Assembly: GCA_951406725.2 (NCBI GenBank)
Contig: OX597816.1
Span: 33,976,001 to 34,040,000 of the forward strand
Reading direction: 5' to 3'
DNA length: 64,000 bases
DNA from: Octopus vulgaris
Taxonomy: Eukaryota
The notes under the pieces were generated by a model. That model ran no database searches. It worked only from the letters and a program-made list of their open reading frames with translations, and was not told where the DNA came from. Of the stretch, positions 24,746 to 38,540 are shown piece after piece. How positions within the stretch are numbered: the first letter of the stretch is position 1; the number at the start of each line of letters is the position of its first letter. Made by a program: the position numbers and the translations under genes.

Positions 24746-27700
24746 TAAATACACGGCGCATTCCTGATTCTCTAACGATTCTTAATTGTTTTGCCTATAT
24801 TAAGATATAGCAATATAATGTTTTTAAAGGGAAAACTAAACTATATTTTAAGAATCGTACTGTTGAAATACAAATTTTTGAGGATCAGAAAATTTTCGCA
24901 CTGACGATCTACCTCCTCATAATTGCACAACGCTATTGTGAGACATTCTGGTAGAGTTATGCCCATGGATAAATCATGTAACACAACAGCAGATGTTCCC
25001 TGCACTCTATGGCCAGGTAATGTGCCATGTTGATTGCACAAAAAACGCCGCAACAATTAAACTGTTGTACTATCACTCGCCCTGATGTAATTAGCGGCCA
25101 AATCTCTTTAAGATGAAACCTTACTATCTTGGAAAGAATTAAGTGCTCAAGAGAAAAGTGGAATGTTCATGATTAGAATTATTTTTTGTTATAGTTATCG
25201 TCGTTCTGAAGTAAAATACCAATAATATACAATTTGAAGTTTCCTACAAAGGATCGATTACTTAGGTATTACTTGGTTATGCCCGGAAACCTATTTCTGG
25301 GGGAAACTAGTGCCTTTTGTAAGACTCTGTATCTATGATACAAGAGGGTGATATATTCTAAATCAGAACTCATTAACTTCTCGTTCAGAAGGCTTTCTAT
25401 TTTGCACTCAGTCATTATACATCAACATTATTTGTAATAGGATTCTATTGATAAAACGCCAACATATTTATCGATAATTTTATGATTGTGTTATATGAGA
25501 GGCTTGGCCAATTATTTGTATATCTGAGTTCTAATGAATACGACACACACAAATATATTGATTGATATTTCCATCGTTTTCAACGCCTTTCATTCATTCA
25601 TTGACATATTTTTTGCTTTTACTTTCAGTATTGTTTTGCACTCAATATGGTTGTTGGAATTTTATTGGCAAACACGTTCTTTTTAAAGATTACGAAGCCC
25701 TCTAAGGGCATATGGAAACTACTGTTTTTTTTTTATTATTATTTCAGTGTTGCTCATGCTGTAGAAATTCATTCAGTCTTGTTTTGCACTTGACGGTCCT
25801 GTTGATATTTTATTGGCAAATATATTTATAGAATTGGAAAGTTCTCAGTTCAGTGTAAATACCACAGCACTGATTGTGTGAAAGGAAAATACGATCAATA
25901 CGAAAAGACTAACTCAGAGAAAATTAGAGATCTATTGGATTGGTGACTCTCGAGGTGAATATGAATACCACACGCTCATTCGAAAGCAATAGAAGCACAA
26001 AAGGTAGTTACTGAAAACTAACTTTTTTGCCTCGAACAAAAAACTGAAACATATTTAGTCTACCTGTTCAGATTTAGTTCCTCGTGTGCTCAAAATTGAA
26101 GATAAATCACTTTATAAGATGAAAGACTATCTTGTTACAGTGAATAAACAGTTTAGGTGTTCATAGAAGTAGAAAGAGCAACAAAATTAAAATACATGGA
26201 CCGGTCTACCATAGGATGTAGAGGGTTGAGGAAATGGGATGTTTGTATTTAGCTATTTTCTTAGAGATATCGGTTATACCAATGACCCATAAACAGTGCG
26301 AGAGTAATAGCAATGAGGGAGATATGTGAACGTTCGGGGTCGATACAATCACTACTACTAGAACACTGGAGTAGATATAATCGACTTACCTACCCTCCAT
26401 ATATTTCTGGTTTTGTTCTAAAATTTGAGACCGATATCATTATGGGCAGCATTTCATTTTAGTTTTGGTTAACGATGTTGTTCGATGTAATTCCTTTTTA
26501 CTAGTTTAAGTCATTTTTCAGCAGATAGACGTTTTCAAGTACAGGATAAGTTTAGAAAATTCAAAGCCATTGCTCAGGATTTTGATAATACTGTAGTTTA
26601 GGATTCTTACGTCACCACTAACCGAACAGATATGCGTAGATATGCTCCAGCTTTTGATCATCTCATCCTTTTGTTTATTAGGAGCGGCAATGTTCAATGG
26701 TTCATTTTAATTTTAAATGATAGAGTATAATATGAGAGGATTTCCAGTTCGCTAAATCCGTTACCACTATCAGAAAGCTCATCATGCATGTGCTGTTGAT
26801 GGTGTTGGAAATTTAACACTAACCAAAAATATTTGTTCAAAAGATGTATAATGGAGAAGAACGATACGTTTTGGGATTGTAGTGGGAATATCTAATATAA
26901 GAAGATTCAATCTGATTCAGGAGTAAATTAGCTGTAATTTCAACCACGTCGAGGATCGAAATCAAATTGTCAGATTGATGTATAGTTTCTCCATGTTACA
27001 TAGTTTCGATTACAATGTGTAACGATATTTTTTGTTTGTTTTTGTTCAGCAAGTGCTATTTCCTATTTCCATCTATCCAGAAATCAGAGGAAATAACTAC
27101 TATTCTCTATTTCCGACAGATTCAGCGCTGAATTGCTGAAACAGAATTATCGTTATAGCAAATATTCTGCTCAATACCACAGTTTTGCTTGTCAGTTGTT
27201 TGACCTTAATCCCTTGAGCATGTACGTTAGTGGATGACAATCTCGGACCGTGGGAAGGAGCAGCAGATCCGACAATGTGTTTAGAGGGATTTTGAGGGGC
27301 TTGAATAAATATTACGAAAGCAAAGTTTGAAGAAAGTAATAAGATTTTAAAATATTATCTAAGGGTAAGCAAATAGGAAATATCAGTTACTACCCAAGGA
27401 CAAAAATTGTGTTACACAGTGTTATCAAGGGACAATAGGGGATTGTATATTTGGATCGATAGGTCGTATATTGCTCTACTAAGAGATACCACAGTGTTAT
27501 GGATCAGCCACAAGAACAAACACATATATGCGCGTACATCTATCTTTTACGTGTGTGTGCGATCTTGTGCTGGCAAGAGGATAGCTGAAACATACTATGA
27601 CTTATCCACAGCAGTTAATTAGTGTGGAGTCAGGTATGATGTATGTTTTAATTCCAGGTTATGTGATATGACTTCCAACAGCGTACGGCTTTGAAGAGAG

Positions 27701-28498
27701 TTTATGTTTTTCAGCTTTGAAAGCATGAAACGTACACATTATTCAGCGGGGAAGCACGCACACACATAAATACAGATATTTTGTATTCATATATACCCTC
27801 ACACACACAAACATATCCAACAAATACAAGATTATTACACGTTAATATGTGTAATTATGCCGGTGTGTGTGTGTAGGGGGAGAGAGATCATACAGAAATG
27901 TCAATTGAAGGTACTATAAAATACAGGAAATCAATAATTCGGTATACGTGTAAATATACATACAAACATACACATATAAACGTACACACACAAACACTGA
28001 ATCACATACACATGCACATACACACAGACAAACACATATACACACACATATAAATATATCTACCAACACACGTGCAAACACATATGCACACACATGAATA
28101 TATATTGCAAATATAGACATACACAAGTAATTTTGTGAAAGAATATATATGGATATATATCTATCTATCCACCCAGAATGGAGAACAAAAGCGACTCCAA
28201 GAAACTAGAAGCAATGTGAGAGGGCAACACTATGACCCACTGAACTGTAAAATTACTACGTACAAATTCAGAAGGGCTTATATTGACTGTAATGAATCTT
28301 ATCTTGGAGATGTGAGGTGCTCCCTTTTTGAGTAATCGGAGTCTCAGCAACCTGTCTACGAATATTGGATTACTACAATAACGAGGATCCTAGATGATGC
28401 ACTGATGAGTAGCTATCCTGTAAGTTAATCAATAATTCAGTCAATCAATCAATCAATCAACCAATCAATCAATCAATCACTCACTCACTCAATCAATA

Positions 28499-28564
<66 letters not shown>

Positions 28565-28649
28565 CATTTACATATATATGCAATTATAAATATATATATA
28601 TGTATATGTATGTACGAATGTGTATATATATATATATATAAATAGATGA

Positions 28650-28750
28650 GTATTTTTTCCTTTACACCATTTATACTTTTGAATAATATTAGTGAAATCT
28701 TAGAAACATGTGACGGAATAAAAGTATTTGAATTATACCTGCGTTAAACT

Positions 28751-28837
<87 letters not shown>

Positions 28838-28935
28838 GGAGTAAACACATAAATGTGAAACAAGCTGGAAAAAGTGTACTCAAATACCTGTGGTAGAGTA
28901 ACAGGTTTTGTTGAATTTTCTTCTGCTTTAAATAA
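28650..28935. mobile_element. PLE-like terminal fragments of families B and C back to back across (TA)n
   Basis: 28650-28753 is the reverse complement of ~1533-1630; 28835-28900 matches 5361-5430. Confidence 0.6.
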
Positions 28936-29244
28936 TGTATATATATATATATCCATACATATGTGTATACACACATATATATGCATATGTATATAAGTAT
29001 ATCTATATATCTATATGCACATGTATACATATATGTGTGTATGTTTGCTTGTGTCTCTGTATATGTGTATGCATGTGAGCATGTGCAGATATATTTTGTG
29101 TATCCATAGTACATGTATTGGTGCACCATAAATAGCATTAACTGAAGGATACAATAGGGATTCAAGGGTGAAAATATCATCTACAACCGATAATTATTAA
29201 TTGTTAATTAGTAGTAATTGATATTAAAAACTGCATTAATGCTG

Positions 29245-29430
29245 CGACGTGGCAAACTCGAGCAAACTGCGTAACGTCATTTCGGCCATCTTTACGTTCT
29301 GTGTTCAAATTCTCCGATGTCAACTTTGCTCTTCCTTTTCTCGGCGTCGATAAAATGATTACTAGTCGAGCACTACGGTTAATGTAATCGATTTACCCTC
29401 TTCTCATCCAACTTGCTGGCCTTCCTATTT
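29245..29430 (+). mobile_element. Diverged SINE family 2
   Basis: tacgttctgtgttcaaattc..gtcaactttgc..gtcgataaaat..taatcgattt. Confidence 0.65.
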
Positions 29431-30335
29431 CCTATCACATGTTCGCAATGAAGCAAAATCCCACAGGATGTTAGCATTATCATTTTCGAAGATGCCTTGG
29501 GGTTTGTGCTTGTACCAATTGTTTTCTTTGTCAAGACCATACTTGTTGCAAAGTGTCCAAAAGACAAGCCTGACTATATTGTCGTGGCGGCTCTTATATG
29601 GTTTCTGGATTAGTGGGGTACACTGACTGGTAATATGCCATACAGCTTCACTATTCTGTCCACAGATTCTGCACTTATCACTTTCTGCTGTGATGACTAC
29701 CCTGTATTTTATGTAGTTTGTTCTTAGTGCTTACTCTTGGGCAGCACAGATTAGTGCCTCCGTTTCTGCTTTTAAATCACTTTTAGTCATCCACAGCCAA
29801 TTTTTCCTCTGTCTGCCTTATCTTCAACTTTCCTATGAACTTGTCCATGCATTCTCCTTTTTTTTTTTTTTTTGCCCACCTATTTTCAGTTTCATTCGTT
29901 TTCAATTTCTTGTATAGTGCTTTGTCTTTGCAATTTTTCATCCTACACAAGCGGGACCTTCTTATTTCTCATAATAACGGTTACGTGGCACTTTTTGCAT
30001 ACCATGCTATGCTGTATTGTTCTGATCTTATGCTGTGTTCGCATTCAATAAGTCCTCTTCCCTCCGTTTTTCTTCGTACATATAGTCTGTCTGTGTGACT
30101 TTTTGGAGAGGAGTCCCATATCTAGTTAGCAAATTCCTTGTTTTTCTGTCTAAGATGTTTAGTTCGTCTATGGTCCAAGTGATTACCATATCTATGGAAT
30201 GATACCGCCCAGGTGTGGAAAGCTTCAATCTTATTGCGTCCGTGTAATTTCAACTTGAGGGTTAGTCTCAGTCTGTGCAAGTAATCCACCTTAACTTTTT
30301 CTGTTATTTCTCTCGCCATTTATTTATCCATTTCC
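29430..30335 (-). pseudogene. R4/Dong-like retrotransposon fragment (post-RT to zinc knuckle)
   Basis: YLHRLRLTLKLKLHGRNKIEAFHTWAV, LDRKTRNLLT, WMTKSDLKAETEALICAAQE*ALRTNYIK..KCRICGQ..VWHITSQC..RHDN. Confidence 0.9.
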
Positions 30336-30337
30336 AT

Positions 30338-30547
30338 TCTTCTTCTTCTTCTTCTTCTTCTTCTTCTTCTTCTTCTTCTTCTTCTTCTTCTTCTTCTTCT
30401 TCTTCTTCTTCTTCTTCTTCTTCTTCTTCTTCTTCTTCCTTCTTCTTCTTCTTCTTCTTCTTCTTCTTTTCTTCTTCTTCTTCTTCTTCTCTTCTTCTCC
30501 TTCTTCTTCTTCTTCTTCTCTTCTTCTTCTTCTTCTTCTTTTTCTTC

Positions 30548-30589
<42 letters not shown>

Positions 30590-30601
30590 TCTTCTTCCTC
30601 T

Positions 30602-30633
<32 letters not shown>

Positions 30634-30722
30634 ATCTTCTTCTACCTCTTCTTCTCCTCCACTTCTTCTTCCTCTTCTTCTTCTTCTTATTATTATTATT
30701 GTTGCTGTTGATGATGTTGTTG

Positions 30723-30802
<80 letters not shown>
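30338..30802. repeat. (CTT)n + (TTA)n microsatellites
   Basis: Directly visible. Confidence 0.95.
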
Positions 30803-30805
<3 letters not shown>

Positions 30806-31440
30806 TAGTCTTATTTTTATCACTTGCTTTCACTGTACTACCTAGCGCAACTCTGTGTGCTGTGAGTATGTGCTGCGGTTTGCTGTGATGCTATTATTGC
30901 TACTGCATTGAAAGTGTTTTACATAGGATGCATGCATTGCCTATTAGTGTTATTTTCTGCATTTTGTATATAGTTGTTAGTCCTGATGTTTTTGTTATGC
31001 ATTTGTCTGAATATTTTTGTATCATGCCTACCGCGCCTACTATAATATGAATTGTTCATGTTTTTAGACACAGCATACAATTTACCTCTATTTCCAGATC
31101 TTTTGAAAGTTCCTATTTTTGAAGTAGGTTGAAAGTTTCTCTTTTTATATTTTGTTGAGTAACATTATCATCTATTGGTATTGATACATCAATTAAAACG
31201 CATTTTTTTCATGATTACCGACAACTATATAGGGCTATTCGACCTTAATGTGCGTATTGGCATATCCCATGGTATTGTTGCTTTCTCATTTTCTGTGACA
31301 TTTTTGCCTTTCTAATTTTCACCCATTAATTTTCCGGTGTATGTTTTACCGAGCACCCGTAACCTCAAATCCATGCTTACGGCAAAGTAGCCAGGTCAGA
31401 TTTTGGGCTACCTTGTCGTGTCTACATTTGTACTCTTTCT
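30803..31440 (-). mobile_element. R4/Dong-like 3' end (RLE domain + 3' UTR, TAA tail)
   Basis: RHDKV, IPWDMPI, LIDVSIP, DLEIEV..IIVGAVGMIQK..MQKITLIGNACILCKTLSMQ*. Confidence 0.85.
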
Positions 31441-31453
31441 ACACAGTTATTGT

Positions 31454-31510
<57 letters not shown>

Positions 31511-31548
31511 CACCACCACCACCACTACTAGTACTATTATTGTTGTTG

Positions 31549-31599
<51 letters not shown>

Positions 31600-31670
31600 C
31601 TATTATTATTATCATCATCATCATCATCATTATTATTATTGGTGGTGTGGTGTTTTTGTTGCTATTATTA

Positions 31671-31890
31671 AGGCGGCGCACTGGCAGAAACGTTGGCAAG
31701 CAGGATGAAATGCTTAGCGGTATTTTGCCCGTTGCTACCTTTTCAGTTCAAATTCCGCCTAGGTCAAATTTTACTTTTCATTCTTTCCGGGTCGAGAAAA
31801 TAAGTACCAGTTGAATACTGGGGTGAATGTAGCTGACTCATCACTCACCCCCACCACCCCTGAAAAAGCTGCCCTTTTAACAAGATCTGA
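31671..31890 (+). mobile_element. SINE family 2
   Basis: GGCGGCGCACTGGCAGAAACGTTGG..GTTCAAATTCCGCC..AAGTACCAGTTGA. Confidence 0.85.
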
Positions 31891-32038
31891 AACTATCATA
31901 ATAATCGTGATTATGATAATGATGATGGTAATGATGATAACGACGACAACGACGACGACGACGACGATGATGATGGTCAGGATGAAAATTACTTATAATA
32001 TCAAACACACACATACACAGGCACATACGTACACACAT

Positions 32039-32131
<93 letters not shown>

Positions 32132-32178
32132 CGGAGAGAGATTATCTTCTATATCAGCAATAATATACACCTACTTGT

Positions 32179-32225
<47 letters not shown>

Positions 32226-33039
32226 AATATATACGTGTGTGTGTGTGCATGTAAGTATACACATGACAACATATTAATATAAATATGTAAATAAAAGTAT
32301 AACATATATATGTATATAATTTTGTATGTATTCATCTATGTGTTTATTAATATATATGTATACGTTTATGTGTGTGTGTGTGTGTTTGTACATATATGGT
32401 GAGAGAGGGTGAGAGACAGAGATACGCATATATGGATGATATACATACTTAAACACGAATGCGCATAGATATGTTTAAGTTCCATATTCAGTTAATATTA
32501 TCCATTCTTGTTGAATAAGTATATGAAAGTACAGTAGTAAGTGTTTAGAAAAGAAATCTCGCGGAAACATCTGGTTATAAGCATGTTAACTTGTCAAGAA
32601 CTGAAATTGGACGAATATAAATGCGGAATGTTAGTGAAGCAAATATTAAATTGTATGTTAACAATGGCGCAAAAGGAAATAGATATACACAAATATAGGA
32701 AAAATGTAGCGACAACATATTATATTCTTCATGAAAATGCTATAATATAAATGTTCTATGTATTCAGTTTTTTTTATAACTTACGGTCTGTGCAGGAAAA
32801 TTCAATGACTTATACTCTTGTTGCCTAAAAATATGAATTATACGTTGAATATAAATATGTATTAAACAAACTGAGAAATTGAGACCACAACCGTCATTCG
32901 CTAGCAACTGAGATTTGGTAACATATATTTAGCTGTTCAATTTTTCGTTGTGGTCACAAGAAAATGAAGATACGCTCTCAAATGTCCTACTCTGACTTAG
33001 TGGAACTGTTAGTAGCAGTGAAAGCAGAGGATATATATA

Positions 33040-34285
33040 CACGGTTGGCAACTAAGTTCCTGCCGTTTTTGTTTAAATTCTTGAATATATTGCGTTTTTA
33101 AATTTTGGAATCTATTTTTGAAACCTTTTGGAATCGAATTTCTTTTATTTTCTAATTAACTTTAGTTAATTTTTGTTTATTTTCAGATCATTGAAATGGA
33201 ATGTCAATTTAAGAAAAACAAGCATTTTCGACACCTCCTTCTTTTTGCTTTTAATCAAAGGTTCTAAGACCGCAAAAGCTGCTCGCGCCATTTATGCAGT
33301 GGATGGAGAGGGTGCCATAGCCCAAAGAATCGCTTGTGATTGATATGCCAAGTTCAAAAATGGAAATTTTTGCCTCAAAGTCGCACCTCGCTCTGGCCGT
33401 CCAGTTGAGTTCGATGAAGAGCAATTAAACCAAAGTTTGCACGAAAACTCTCGTCAAACAACAAGGGAACTGGCAGAGAAAATGGAATGCTCCCACACTA
33501 CTATAGAGAAGCATCTTCGGAGCATGGGCTCCGCATGCTTTAAGTGACAACAACAAATATCAACGAGCTATAATCTCCGCTGGTTTGCTTGCTGCCACCG
33601 CTCAACTCATGTACATAAGCAACGATTTCTTTACCGAATCCTTACTGGCAACGAAAAACGGTGTATGTACATCAATATGCAGCAGCGGAAGGAATGGCTT
33701 AGCCCCGGTAAACAAGCGACACTGCGCGTGAAACAAGATCTTCATCCGCGTAAAACGAAGTTGTGCGTATGTTGGGACTGGGATGGGATTATCCACTACA
33801 TATTGCTTGAACGGAACTAAACAGTCAACGCGGAACTCTATGATCAACAGATGGAACGACTCATATCGGTTATTCAAGAGAAAACACAGCATAATCGGCA
33901 GCATGAAGTTATTCTGCCTCACGACAACACCCGCTTTCATATCCCCAATATGACTAAGGAAGCCATTCAAACGCATGCCTGGAAAGTGGTGCCACACCCG
34001 CCGCACACTCCTGATTTGGTACCAAGTGATTTCCATCTCTTTCCATCTCCTTCACATGATATGCTCTGAGTTTCGTTCAATACTGATGAAGAATTGAGAG
34101 CTTAGTTGGATCAATTTTTCGAGTCGGGTGATTTCTACCAAGAAGGTATTGTAAATCTTGTTAAACGTTGGAAAGAAGTTGTAAACAGCAAGAGTGAATT
34201 CATTATTGATTAATTAGTTCTTATTTTAAATGAAACCTTTAAAAAATTTTAAATAAAAAAAAACAACGGTCGGAAATTAGTTGCC

Positions 34286-34292
<7 letters not shown>
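33040..34292 (+). mobile_element. mariner (DD34D) transposon, near full length, inactive
   Basis: TIRs ..GTTGGCAACTAAGTTCCTGCCGTT / AACGGTCGGAAATTAGTTGCCAAT; TA-flanked; ~1.25 kb. Confidence 0.9.
33196..34213 (+). pseudogene. mariner transposase pseudogene
   Basis: MECQFKKNKHFRHLLLFAFN, PRSGRP, ILTGNEK, HDNTRFH, HPPHTPDLVPSDFHLF; stops and frameshifts. Confidence 0.9.
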
Positions 34293-34365
<73 letters not shown>

Positions 34366-34388
34366 TTGTGTGTGTACATATATATATA

Positions 34389-34499
<111 letters not shown>

Positions 34500-34639
34500 G
34501 TATATATATTTATATATATAGAGAGAGAGAGAGAGCGAGAGAGACAGAGAAAGAGAGAGAGTAGCATGAACACGACTTTGAACATATTTCTTTGAAGCTT
34601 TGTGGACGATGGCAACATGAAGCATGGTATCACACTCAA

Positions 34640-35240
34640 GGATAGGTCGGCAAAAGAAGTAATTGAATAACTACCAAGCTTTAAAAGAAAATAAGTACTG
34701 GGGGGTCAATTCATTCGACTAAAACACACCAATGCGGTGCCCCAGCATGGCCGTAGTCTGAAGAATGAAAGAAGCTTAATATAAAAGATATTTAGGTGCA
34801 AGCGTATCTGCGTTGTAAGGAGCTTGCTTCCCAACCACATAGTTTCGATTTCAGTTCCACTACGTGTCACCTTGGGCGAGTGTCTTCTACTATAACTTTC
34901 GCCTGACCAAAGACTTGTAAGCTGATTCGGTAGATGGAAACTGAAAGAAGCCAATCGTGTATATATATATATGTGTGTGTTTGTATGTATGTATGTATGT
35001 ATGTATGTATGTATGTATGTACGTATGAATGTATGTTTGTATATTTATGTATGTGTGTTTTTGAGCCTGTGTTTGTCCCCCCACTACCACCGCTGGACAA
35101 CCTATGATGGTGTGTTTATATCCCCGAATCCTTGCAGTTCGGCAAAAGAGACGGATAGAATATGTACTAGGCTTACAAAGAATAAGTTCTGGGGTCGATT
35201 TATTCGACTAAAGGCAGTGCTCCAGCATGGCCGCAGTGAA
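34640..35240 (+). mobile_element. SINE 3' fragment plus a diverged SINE family 1 copy (34795-35240)
   Basis: ccagcatggccg tail twice; family 1 body with internal (TATG)n. Confidence 0.8.
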
Positions 35241-36033
35241 AGGAATGGAACGTTAAAAAAAATATGCTAAATAATAAGAAAGAAGAAGAAATAAGAAGAC
35301 GATAAAAAGCTTTAACACATATTTATTGATTCACTAAAATAGCTTCTGAACCAACTCTATTTCTAACGCCACCTTTCGCAAAAATTCGAAGTGAAAATTT
35401 ACTCAATCTTTGCGGTTTTAGACATTAGAGACACACTGCATCAGAGCTTGCACCAATGGTGTGCTGTCACAACATCTGCCAGGCCTTGTATTTTGGCTTA
35501 TATCGGGAGGAAGCAAAAATAAATAAAAGTGTGTTTATGTAGACGAGAATCAAGAAGAAAAGGATGATCAGAGGGAGACAGTGTAGTGTAGGAGGTGAGG
35601 AGGACGAGGAAGAGTAGGAGGAGGGGAGTAGGAGCAAGAAGGAAGGGCAGCAGAGGAAAAGGAAGAAAGTGAAGAAGAAGAAGAAGAAAAGAAGAAGGGG
35701 GAGGAAAAGAACAAGAAGTGGAAGAGGAAGTAGAAGGAAGAGAAGAAGTGGTAGAAGAAGAAGAAGAAGAAGAAGAAGAAGAAGAAGAAGAAGGAAGAGA
35801 AGAAGTGGTAGAAGAAGAAGAAGAAGAAGGAGAAGAAGAAGAAGAAGAAGAAGAAGAAGCTAAATAACATTAATAAATTAGGGCTATATATAGAAAATCA
35901 GTTTAACTGGGTGTAGGTTAATAGTCGGTTCGTACAACAAATCCAGTTTTACCGAATTTCTTGTAATGGGCTAGAATTTTACTACCTGACGACATTCACC
36001 AGCGAGAACGGAAAGAGTGAAAATGACTATTAA

Positions 36034-36548
36034 CCCATTAACTGCCAAAAAAATGTTATTCATATTCTCTGACTATGCCGGGCGTCATAGAAGTATAATT
36101 AACATATGGTATTTAAATTTGCTTCATATGTGAATTATTTTGGAAATACACGATAAATATTTTGAAAAGTCCCAAAAGGTGATCGCAGAAAAAAAGCACA
36201 TTTATCCTTTTCTATTCAATTGCAATAATAAACATTTTAGTTCTTTCGAAACTATAGTATCAAATGTGAATGTGTATAAAATATAAATGAATGATAAAGA
36301 TGGGAAGTGTAGATAAAAACGCTTCTATATCAGTCAACAAATTTGTAGTTCCAAAATTGCAATTTATGACATAAAATGTCCTCTAGGATTACCCAGAACT
36401 AATAATGACACACTTTAACTACTAAGTATTATAAAACACACCCCTGCAAATGCAATGTACGTAAGCAAGTTACTTTAAATACAACAAATAACTGGGTGTG
36501 AGACTGTTTTTTGCAGATTCCTAAATGGTGCTTATGACAGGCAATGGC
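36034..36548. mobile_element. Putative piggyBac-type MITE
   Basis: TTAA|CCCATTAACTGCCA ... TGACAGGCAATGGC|TTAA (10/14 TIR match, TTAA on both sides); non-coding interior. Confidence 0.45.
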
Positions 36549-36902
36549 TTAAATAGATAAATTGACAATCGATCAGGAATTAAATAATGAGGATATTCGA
36601 GATGTTTGTAGTGGGGGAGTAGTGGGGTGAGCAGTATGATAGCATAAAACGCTTCCGAGCTAGCAGACCCACTTTCTGACGTTAGAGTATGTAGGCGAGG
36701 GAAAAGTGATGCAAAAAGAAAGAGAGAGGGAAAATTTAATAGGGGCGGTTGTGGCCTAAAGAGTTAAAGCAGAATTTATGAATTTAGAGTTTAATTTAAA
36801 AGCCATCAAGAGAAATTTAAACTACGTAAGTTTGAATGAAAAGAAATTTGGACATGTGTGTGTGTGTTTGTGTGTGTGTGTGCGTTATGTGTAAATAAAT
36901 AC

Positions 36903-37150
36903 CAATTAATGAAGAGGTGTCAATCCATTACAGCCATTTCTACGGCAAGAGCCAGTCATTAAATCACACATGAAAATATGTTAGTTCGGTGGATTTTGAA
37001 TTATTTAAAAAACATTTTAAATGTCCAATATTGTAAGATTCATGTATTCATCTGAAGATAAAGATTTTTTATAATGATATAATATACTCATTGATCAATT
37101 AAAAAAAATGTTAGAAACGGCCGTAATGGATTAACACTGTTCATCAATTG
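36903..37150. mobile_element. MITE-like element with ~40 bp TIRs
   Basis: caattaatgaagaggtgtcaatccattacagccatttcta vs tagaaacggccgtaatggattaacactgttcatcaattg. Confidence 0.65.
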
Positions 37151-37621
37151 TTACTTTTTTTATTTGTAATTCACATACTTCAAAAAATGACCTTCCCATA
37201 TCTCGAAGTATAGTATGGAGAGTATATTTTATTAAAATAGATCAACAGTTGTTTATATACTCGAATATGTCCAATTAACGGGACATAACCTAGGTATTCT
37301 GTTTGTACTCCTGTATTATCTATATTTGTGAGTGTATGTTTTATTCTGACATAACCATCCGCATTAACTTGAAGTACCTTATGCAAATGAATCATGTTTA
37401 TATTTATATATGCGTGATGAATAAAAGCACTCATATTTGTATGGTTTCCGGAACTGCCCACATGAGAATAACCAGCGCGGTCCTTTAATAACAAACCTTC
37501 GGTAGAGGCATATAATGAGAATTTCAATTTCAATGCCATAACATTTCAATTGTCTTTTCAGGTAATTATGTGGCAAATAGAAACAGACACAAATAGAAAC
37601 TCTTAATATTAAAAGGTATTC

Positions 37622-37688
<67 letters not shown>

Positions 37689-37785
37689 TCAATATAGGGT
37701 GGCAAAAAAATTTTGTAGAATTCTTTTGCCACCAGCGGCCTAGTAGGAAAAAATTAAATAGTCATAGACCATTTTTAAGTTTAAC

Positions 37786-38017
37786 ATCAACAATCAAGGA
37801 ACGGCCATAATAGGCCATTCACCCACTAGAAATAACAGCCAAAGCTTCAACCGCAAATAAAAGTTAATTCTGTAAACCAGGAGAAAATTTGTTACAGGGT
37901 AAATGTTTTTTTAAATTTTCTCCTGCTTTACAGAATTAACTTTTATTTGCGGTTGAAGCTTTGGCTGTTATTTCTAGTGGGTGAATGGCCTATTATGGCC
38001 GTTCCTTGATTGTTGAT
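37786..38017. repeat. 105-bp near-perfect inverted repeat (22-bp spacer)
   Basis: 37786-37890 is the reverse complement of 37913-38017 with one mismatch seen; (TA)n on both flanks of the host element. Confidence 0.95.
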
Positions 38018-38540
38018 ATATATATATATATATATTTGACAGAAAGAGAGCGAGAGAGGGATGGAAAGAGAGACGGAGAAAGAGTAATAGATGAGCGTGA
38101 TTATTTCAGAAGTTAGATATATATGCTTGATATATCATACACGGGATATAGATTCATCATCAAGACTTTCTGTTTCCCTTCCTAAATTCAGCTTCACATT
38201 TTTGTACTGATGATAACAGTAGTGTCATCTCCTAATGTATTATCCTATATTGAGAATGACCTTGGGGAATAAATGCATTTGGTACTTCTTCTTCATGACC
38301 CCACGATGCCACATTTTGTACGTTTTCAAATGAATTGGCTACTTGTTATATTTGAAGTGTTCGTTAATACCAGTTTATCTGAAAACAATTTATTCATTAA
38401 TAAGATTTGTTGATAGCAATGCATGCAAGTTTTCACAACTCTACCATCAATGTCTAGTGAACTTTTCAACCTACTCGCGTGTGATTTGCTATAGATGTGC
38501 GTTCATAAGAGACAGCTTATAAGCCTTTATGTGAACTAAA

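Noticed and set aside
28402-28420. CTGATGA hammerhead core
   Set aside because: No downstream stem II/GAAA/NUH; at most a truncated remnant.
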